The notes under the pieces are model-generated. The model saw only the letters and a program-made list of their open reading frames with translations, was not told the DNA's origin and made no database searches. From the NCBI GenBank assembly GCA_046497275.1, contig JAWOFX010000080.1, positions 30,001 to 62,000 on the forward strand: 32,000 bases of DNA, in the 5' to 3' direction. The position numbers and the translations under genes are program-made. The stretch comes from Promethearchaeia archaeon. Its GTDB lineage: Archaea > Asgardarchaeota > Lokiarchaeia > Sigyniarchaeales > SOKP01. Positions 26,304 to 32,000 of the stretch are shown here, piece after piece (positions within the stretch are counted from its first letter, which is position 1; every line of letters starts with the position of its first letter).

Positions 26304-26345
26304 AACTTTTTATTTGATTTCTCTCTATTTTGATCTTTCAGTTCT
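26256..26345 (+). repeat. ~90-bp direct repeat R2, copy b (gene end + T-rich 3' region)
   Basis: See 24003..24093. Confidence 0.88.
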
Positions 26346-26635
26346 CTAATTACATTCAAATCAATAATAAGAATTTCTTTATAAAAATATATCTGATTAG
26401 GAAAGCGATATAAATTCATTATCATCTCGAAGATCAGAGATTCGAGCATAACTAATTTTAATTTCTTTTTTATTTTTTTTCATAATTTTTACTATCGATC
26501 TTAGAGTTAAAAAGCAAAATATCGGATCAAACTAAGAAGGATTAGAATTTGTGTGTCTAATTATCTCATAAATTTAAAAAAAGAATAAAAATTTTTGGGG
26601 AAAAAATTTATATTTTTTAACAAAAGGTTTTAAAT

Positions 26636-26881
26636 TTGACAGAAGGAACAGTAAAATGGTTCGACAGCCGAAAAGGCTATGGATTTATTAATTCCGAAGA
26701 TGATGAGGATGTATTTGTTCATTACTCCGCTATTGAGGGAGATGATGCCGCATACAAATCGTTAAACGAAGATGATAAAGTTGAGTTTAATAAAGTAGAA
26801 GGCAAAAAAGGTCCTCAAGCAGAGAACGTTACCGTAACAGAAAGAGCACCTCGGAAAGAGAAAAGAGGATTTCGCTTTTAA
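26636..26881 (+). CDS. cspA: Cold-shock domain protein
   Basis: GTVKWF, KGYGFI (RNP1), DVFVHYSAI (RNP2), [10 protein letters not shown]. Confidence 0.95.
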   Translation: MTEGTVKWFDSRKGYGFINSEDDEDVFVHYSAIEGDDAAYKSLNEDDKVEFNKVEGKKGPQAENVTVTERAPRKEKRGFRF

Positions 26882-26940
26882 GTAGGTTTTTTCTACTAAA
26901 TAATGCTCTGTTCTTTATAGCATTATATTATCGCGTAATA
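26881..26940 (+). terminator. Hairpin series after csp
   Basis: AGTAG-N7-CTACT, TAATGCT-N11-AGCATTA and TATTA-N5-TAATA in succession. Confidence 0.3.
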
Positions 26941-27333
26941 AGATCCATATAAAATAAAAGCTTTACAAAGTACCAAATTAATAAGCAGTAAGTAATAATT
27001 AGTAACACTATATATAACTTAAGGATCTCCTGGTTATTCTAATTTACAGTTGTTGCCGAGACTTATCTTTTTTTTAATTTCACTTTATTATATTACAATA
27101 ATAGATAAATATTAGATAATTATTGAAATCTTAGGAAGAGATTAGAAACTGAAAATAAATAAGTGGAAGATTTTCTAATTTAACCAGAATTCCTTTTAGA
27201 AATTTTTGCATCTTAAAATCACCCTTTTATTCAATTTTTTAAATTTTTTGATAAACAAGATAAGGCTTATGAATTTTATATCAGCTTAAAAGAAATTATT
27301 AAAGATGGTAGAAAAATTATTTTATCTAGCAAA

Positions 27334-27777
27334 CTAGTTATTTAATATCCATGAATTCTTAGATCTTCGAATAGTATCATTTTCTAACAATTTTTTAACT
27401 CGTTTTTTATATTTTTTTCCCACACCCTCATCATATAATAAAATTCCGTTATATAGTGCCTCTAAAGTAATTGGATGGAATTCCTTGACCATTTCATCAA
27501 ATTTATCTATATTATATACAAAAAAGTCGATTCCACCAGATGAAATATCATACATTTTTCTCAATTTTTCAAAATAATCTCCTTCTATAGAATCACTCAC
27601 AATTAACAAATCAATGTCACTTCTATAATTGAAATTCCCTTTAGCGCTCGATCCAAAAAGAATGATGAATTCTGCTTGATATTGTGAATAAAATTTTTTC
27701 AAAAATTCAATTAATTTATCCCTTTTTGGATGACTTTTCAAGAGTTCTGTTATTTTATTTAATTTTTTCTTGTACAT
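27334..27777 (-). CDS. MNT nucleotidyltransferase antitoxin
   Basis: ILFGSSAKG...SDIDLLIV; overlaps the upstream HEPN gene. Confidence 0.88.
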   Translation of the reverse strand: MYKKKLNKITELLKSHPKRDKLIEFLKKFYSQYQAEFIILFGSSAKGNFNYRSDIDLLIVSDSIEGDYFEKLRKMYDISSGGIDFFVYNIDKFDEMVKEFHPITLEALYNGILLYDEGVGKKYKKRVKKLLENDTIRRSKNSWILNN

Positions 27778-28141
27778 ATTCTAATATTTCTTTTGCTAAT
27801 TTTATTGCATCTAGTGCTTGCTGCTTAGAAAATTTTTCAGAAGGATGCCCACTTGTAAAGGCGTCGGGATATCTTGTAGATATATAATACAAATTTAGAG
27901 TTTTGCTATTATCTAAGATTTTTTCCGGAATTTTAATCTTTTTTTCTAACTCTTCTATTAAATCCACTAAATCATGACCCCATAAAAAAATATTTATGTA
28001 TTCCCCCAAGGCTTTTAATGCCTTTTCCGCTGTCTGTTGTGCTAAAAAGCAAGACCAAGAAAAATCATTTGTATCTAAAAGATGATTTGCCGCTTCTAAA
28101 TCTGATTTTCCTTGCTCTAACCAATCCTTACTTCGATCCAT
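27755..28141 (-). CDS. HEPN domain protein (WLEQA..DL/AEKALKA/GHDL/RYPD type)
   Basis: DWLEQGKSDLEAA, CFLAQQTAEKALKA, WGHDL, YISTRYPD. Confidence 0.88.
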   Translation of the reverse strand: MDRSKDWLEQGKSDLEAANHLLDTNDFSWSCFLAQQTAEKALKALGEYINIFLWGHDLVDLIEELEKKIKIPEKILDNSKTLNLYYISTRYPDAFTSGHPSEKFSKQQALDAIKLAKEILEYVQEKIK

Positions 28142-28584
28142 TCCAACTCTCTAATTACTTAAATTTCACACCTACTATAAATAAAATCTTTTAGACTTAA
28201 ATTCTTAGCTATAAAAATAAGTTTCACATCTACACTGTTTTAGGTTAGAAAATTAAATCTTTATATAATCATTCTCACCAAAAAATTAAATTTATTTCTA
28301 AAAAGGGTATTATTCCTCCCAGATACCTGATAAATGAATTGGTACAGTAAATCCAGATCCTGAACACATTTTATCAGATTAGTAGAATTTTGAGCATGAT
28401 GATTTTAAATAATTTAAATTTCAACTGATTTTTCTTATTAATTTGAAATTTTTCATTCCAAAACCTTCGCAAGGCAGTCCTCTTATAGCTAATATTTTTC
28501 CATAAGAATCATCCGTTTGGATTGAATTATTTTTTAGATAAGCAACATATCAAAATAAAAGGGAATTAGGGACATAATATATGC

Positions 28585-28731
28585 TCATCCAGAGGGCTCT
28601 CCGCTGTTAGGTTGATTCAATGTGATAACTAAGAAAATGGTTATAAAGGTAGCTATAGCTGAAAGTATTATCAGGACTAGTGCTAATCTTTTTTTCCCAA
28701 TTTTCAACCTTTTAGTTGAAATCGCAATCAC
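28585..28731 (-). other. 48-codon signal-anchor-like ORF, possible gene remnant
   Basis: VIAISTKRLKIGKKR-LALVLIILSAIATFITIFLVITL-NQPNSGEPSG*. Confidence 0.35.
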
Positions 28732-28830
28732 CAATCTTTTTATTATTTATTCTTATTATTATTTTATTCACTAATATTAATCATTAGAATATTAATTTAA
28801 CTATGGAATTTACTTTCACGGCTCTGGCTC

Positions 28831-29162
28831 TTAGTAAAAAATTATAAATCTAGGCATTATTAAAAATCCTTTAAATATAAGAGCATTTTATGATTTTAAA
28901 TCTCAGTTTAAGTTTTTACTGATATTTAGTATTGAAATTCCACGAGTGTTTTTTATATTAATATATGTAAAAATTTGTTTGAGAGTGTCTATGCATCTTT
29001 CAGATAATGATAAAAAAAGATTTCACAAAATAATTACCAAACTAAAGCAAGATGAAGATATTCTAGCTGCCATATTATACGGGAGCGCTCTTAAATCTGA
29101 TAGTGGCTTATGAACGTATTCTTCAAAGAATCGCTTTTATTGAAAATCAATTAAATTTATTA
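28831..29162 (+). pseudogene. Inverted, internally deleted remnant of the 22970-23749 MNT-HEPN locus including its upstream region
   Basis: ATG 28991 gives MHLSDNDKKRFHKIITKLKQDEDILAAILYGSALKSDSGL*, followed by 20 codons of the HEPN start; upstream DNA aligns to the reverse complement of about 23760-23910. Confidence 0.85.
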
Positions 29163-29163
29163 T

Positions 29164-29559
29164 TCATAAAGAGAGCAATTCTTCTTTAGAAAGTGTTTGG
29201 CGATGTTTCTGATCATTCCATAATTTTCTATAAAAGTAAAAAAATTCATAAAGGTCATATTTATTTGGGCTGTATATAATAATTCCATTTTGAATAACAC
29301 GAATTTTAATATAGAGAGGGAATTCTTGGAATAATCTAATATCATATTTTTTTAAAGTAGCATTAATATGTTGCAATATAAATGAAATAAGTTTCACGGG
29401 GTCTTCATTTGGTGCCACGACGCATATATCGATGTCGCTTCTATTTGTTTGTGTCCCCTTTGCATATGAACCAAATAAAAGAACTCCTAAGATGGGTTTA
29501 TTCTTAATAATAGGTAAAAAATCTTGTCGTAATTGGATTAAGAGTTCTTCACTAACCAT
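29164..29559 (-). CDS. MNT nucleotidyltransferase antitoxin
   Basis: LLFGSYAKG...SDIDICV; GGAGGTG SD. Confidence 0.9.
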   Translation of the reverse strand: MVSEELLIQLRQDFLPIIKNKPILGVLLFGSYAKGTQTNRSDIDICVVAPNEDPVKLISFILQHINATLKKYDIRLFQEFPLYIKIRVIQNGIIIYSPNKYDLYEFFYFYRKLWNDQKHRQTLSKEELLSL

Positions 29560-29975
29560 CTATTCACCTCCTCTTTATAATCTTTAAAAATTTTTATTAA
29601 GACTAAAATCCTCTCATATGCAATTAAGTCGTCAAGACCATTATAATTATGAACTATCCTATTTCTAAGGCCATTTGCTTCCTTTAACTTAACACCAAGT
29701 TCATTTTTAATAATATTTTTCTCAATAAGAGAATTTATATTTGAATAATCATCTTTAGGTAAGATTTTTTCATCCTTTATTATCATAGCGGTTATATCTG
29801 ATATAATTTCAACTACAATTTGAAAAGCATGATAAATACTGTATCTTTTCTGTAATGCTGTTTCCTTAATAAAGACCTTATCTTCAATATCATACGTCCA
29901 ATCCGTTAAATTTCCAATTGTTGTTTCCAAATATTTCAATTTTTCTTTATATCTTAATAATCGCTCTTCATCCAT
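29538..29975 (-). CDS. HEPN (DUF86/HepT-like) RNase toxin, intact
   Basis: GLRNRIVHNYNGLD R-x4-H-x-Y motif. Confidence 0.9.
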   Translation of the reverse strand: MDEERLLRYKEKLKYLETTIGNLTDWTYDIEDKVFIKETALQKRYSIYHAFQIVVEIISDITAMIIKDEKILPKDDYSNINSLIEKNIIKNELGVKLKEANGLRNRIVHNYNGLDDLIAYERILVLIKIFKDYKEEVNRWLVKNS

Positions 29976-30346
29976 CGTTATGATGTTAATTTCTTTTGAC
30001 TATTTTAATATTAATATATTGATTTATTAACGTTCAATTTTTAAGTTCTAGTTGGTTTTTAAACATTTCTCAAGTAATAGTTGATTAAACCCTCAGATGA
30101 ATCCTATTTCATATATGTAATTTTTATGATTCTTCAATATCTTAAGCACAATTCTCTCATTTAAATCTTATCCCAAAAAGAATCTGGGTCAATTAGCTCT
30201 TTTTTATTTCTTATTTTCAATATTACTTGTTAAACAAGATTTTTGAAATCCTCTAAAAATTTATCTAGAAAGGTAAAATTTATTTCAATCTTTTTTATGA
30301 AGCTATATTCTGTGTCTTCCTGCAGCAACATCCGAACAGAAATTCC

Positions 30347-31477
30347 TTACCAATTAAGTGTGGCATAATCATTCAAGGGTAATTGAATTCTCTTATTCCT
30401 GCGTTGAGATTCATATGAAGCTAAAACAATTTCCAAGGCAGCTCTTCCATCATAAATTGTAGGAATCCATTCTTCAGGAAATCCAACATCTTCATTTGAT
30501 CTTTCTAGAACCCGATTGATAAATGAGCGTATTTCTCGAGCATAAGGTTGTTCCATAGGATCTTTCGAGAGAGATATATTTGTTTTCACAAGCTTATAGG
30601 TTTTCTCGTCTTTGATATATTTTTCCAGCTCCATTGGTTTCTTTTTATATTCCGCTTGAACGCTGAAAGTATAATTTCCTTGTGTTCCATGAATCCTTCC
30701 TCTCTCATCACCATATACATCACCTACAATGGCTTCTGATCGTTCGAAAAGCGCAACGATATCGCTATCTTTAAAAGTTAATATAACTAACGAATGATCC
30801 TCATTTACTCTAGTTTCATGAATACGCCGTATCCGCGCATCAATACTTTCTACAGGACCAAACCACCACCTGAATAGATCAAAGTAATGAGGTCCATGAT
30901 CTAAAAGATCTCCGCCACCACACCGTTCATCTGTCAATCTCCATAAGCCAATTTCTTGAATCAATTCTTTGCTAGGCTTTTCTTCTAAAAATTGAGCCAT
31001 AGAATGATACCAAAATACTGATGCTTGGAAAATAGTACCTATCTCTTTTTTGAGAATTCCTTCCTTAATATATTGGTTTCCCAAATCAAATCTCTTCTGG
31101 GTCGCGGTTTGAAAAATAACATCGTTCTTCTCAACCACTTTAATTAATTCATCGATTTCGTCTAAATCTTGACCAACTGGTTTTTCACATAAAATATGCT
31201 TGCCATTTTTTGCTGCTTTAATTGCTTGTTCTGTGTGAAGCCAATGAGGAGAGCAAATACTTACTGCTTCAATATTAGGATCGTCTATTAAATCATTGGC
31301 ATTTTCATAACCTTTTGGTATTTTAAATTTATTTTGAACTTTCTTAAGATGTGCTTTAAGCGGGTCAGCAACGGCAACTACTTCAGCAAGAGGAGATTTC
31401 TGATAAGCTGGTAAATGGCCAATATTAGCCACCATCCCGCAGCCTATTACTCCTACCTTTAACGTTTTATTGGACAT
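30347..31477 (-). CDS. Gfo/Idh/MocA family NAD(P)-dependent oxidoreductase
   Basis: VGVIGCG, ICSPHWLH, HILCEKP, GGDLLDHGPHYFD. Confidence 0.92.
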   Translation of the reverse strand: MSNKTLKVGVIGCGMVANIGHLPAYQKSPLAEVVAVADPLKAHLKKVQNKFKIPKGYENANDLIDDPNIEAVSICSPHWLHTEQAIKAAKNGKHILCEKPVGQDLDEIDELIKVVEKNDVIFQTATQKRFDLGNQYIKEGILKKEIGTIFQASVFWYHSMAQFLEEKPSKELIQEIGLWRLTDERCGGGDLLDHGPHYFDLFRWWFGPVESIDARIRRIHETRVNEDHSLVILTFKDSDIVALFERSEAIVGDVYGDERGRIHGTQGNYTFSVQAEYKKKPMELEKYIKDEKTYKLVKTNISLSKDPMEQPYAREIRSFINRVLERSNEDVGFPEEWIPTIYDGRAALEIVLASYESQRRNKRIQLPLNDYATLNW

Positions 31478-31755
31478 ATTTCTATTAACAAGTTATTATT
31501 ATCAGGTTTTATATAATAGAATTATTATGAATTCCTTTTAACCCTATATATTCATTTAAAGAAAAAAGTTATTTTCAAAAAATTCACGAATAAAGAAAAT
31601 CGTAACAATTTTTTACTATTTGATCAAAAACGATCATTAAAATCAAATCTATTTTCAATTTCAGTTATATTTATATTAGCAACTATTCTTATATTATAAT
31701 ATTTGAAAAAAAATGTAAAAATATATGAATAATTAAATTGAGGTGAAAAGTCTTA

Positions 31756-32000
31756 ATGGCGTTTTTTATGGTAACCTTTACGTATCCACCGAATAAAGCG
31801 AGAGAGGTTGGGGAGGCATTTCTTTCAGGAAAGGCACCTAAATTGCCTGAATTTGTAAAACAAGAAAAAGTATTTGTCGTGTTAGATGGACAAGTTAAAA
31901 ATTATATTATCTATGAGGTGGAGAATGAAAAGACTCACGAAGGTTTAATGGCAATTACAAATAGATTTTCGGGGTATTTTAATATTAATGGTTCTGAATT
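31756..32000 (+). CDS. 5' part of a hypothetical protein (runs off the window)
   Basis: GAGGTGA SD, then ATG: MAFFMVTFTYPPNKAREVGEAFLSGKAPKLPEFVKQEKVFVV..., open to the window end. Confidence 0.7.
   Translation, partial: MAFFMVTFTYPPNKAREVGEAFLSGKAPKLPEFVKQEKVFVVLDGQVKNYIIYEVENEKTHEGLMAITNRFSGYFNINGSE

Noticed and set aside
29160-29345. 61-aa minus-strand ORF
   Set aside because: It is an alternate frame inside the MNT gene 29164..29559, with no independent support; the same applies to 25240..25458, 27684..27887 and 30548..30739.
22500-30000. CRISPR array, IS element or provirus
   Set aside because: Repeats occur only in pairs without regular spacers, and there are no transposase, integrase, terminal inverted repeats or capsid genes.

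Overview
AT-rich archaeal window. Gene style (GGAGGTGA/GGTGA Shine-Dalgarno motifs, many TTG/GTG starts, multi-copy Hdr, MNT/HEPN pairs) suggests an anaerobic Asgard (Loki/Promethearchaeota-like) archaeon; this is an inference. Left: two membrane-protein genes and a class II monomeric-type ribonucleotide reductase with an N-terminal ATP-cone and a 403-aa LAGLIDADG intein. Centre (4921-21464, minus strand): a ~16.5 kb hdrC-hdrB-hdrA...flxD-flxC-flxB-flxA-like operon plus an FrhB-family gene. It is expanded to three double-module HdrA units (one split into two genes) and two MvhD-wHTH fusions, and contains a 3784-bp-period duplication. Directly upstream are three tandem small proteins sharing an unrecognised 8-Cys N-terminal domain; the middle one is missing from the ORF track and appears to start at ATT, as does one hdrA gene. 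Right (22.5-30 kb): a toxin-antitoxin patchwork with three MNT/HEPN pairs, DUF433/DUF5615, a broken PIN gene and an inverted collapsed MNT-HEPN remnant. One HEPN gene is frameshifted by an 8-bp tandem-repeat expansion at its catalytic motif. A cold-shock gene lies inside the patchwork, and a Gfo/Idh/MocA oxidoreductase follows it. No rRNA, tRNA, CRISPR array, transposase or integrase was seen.
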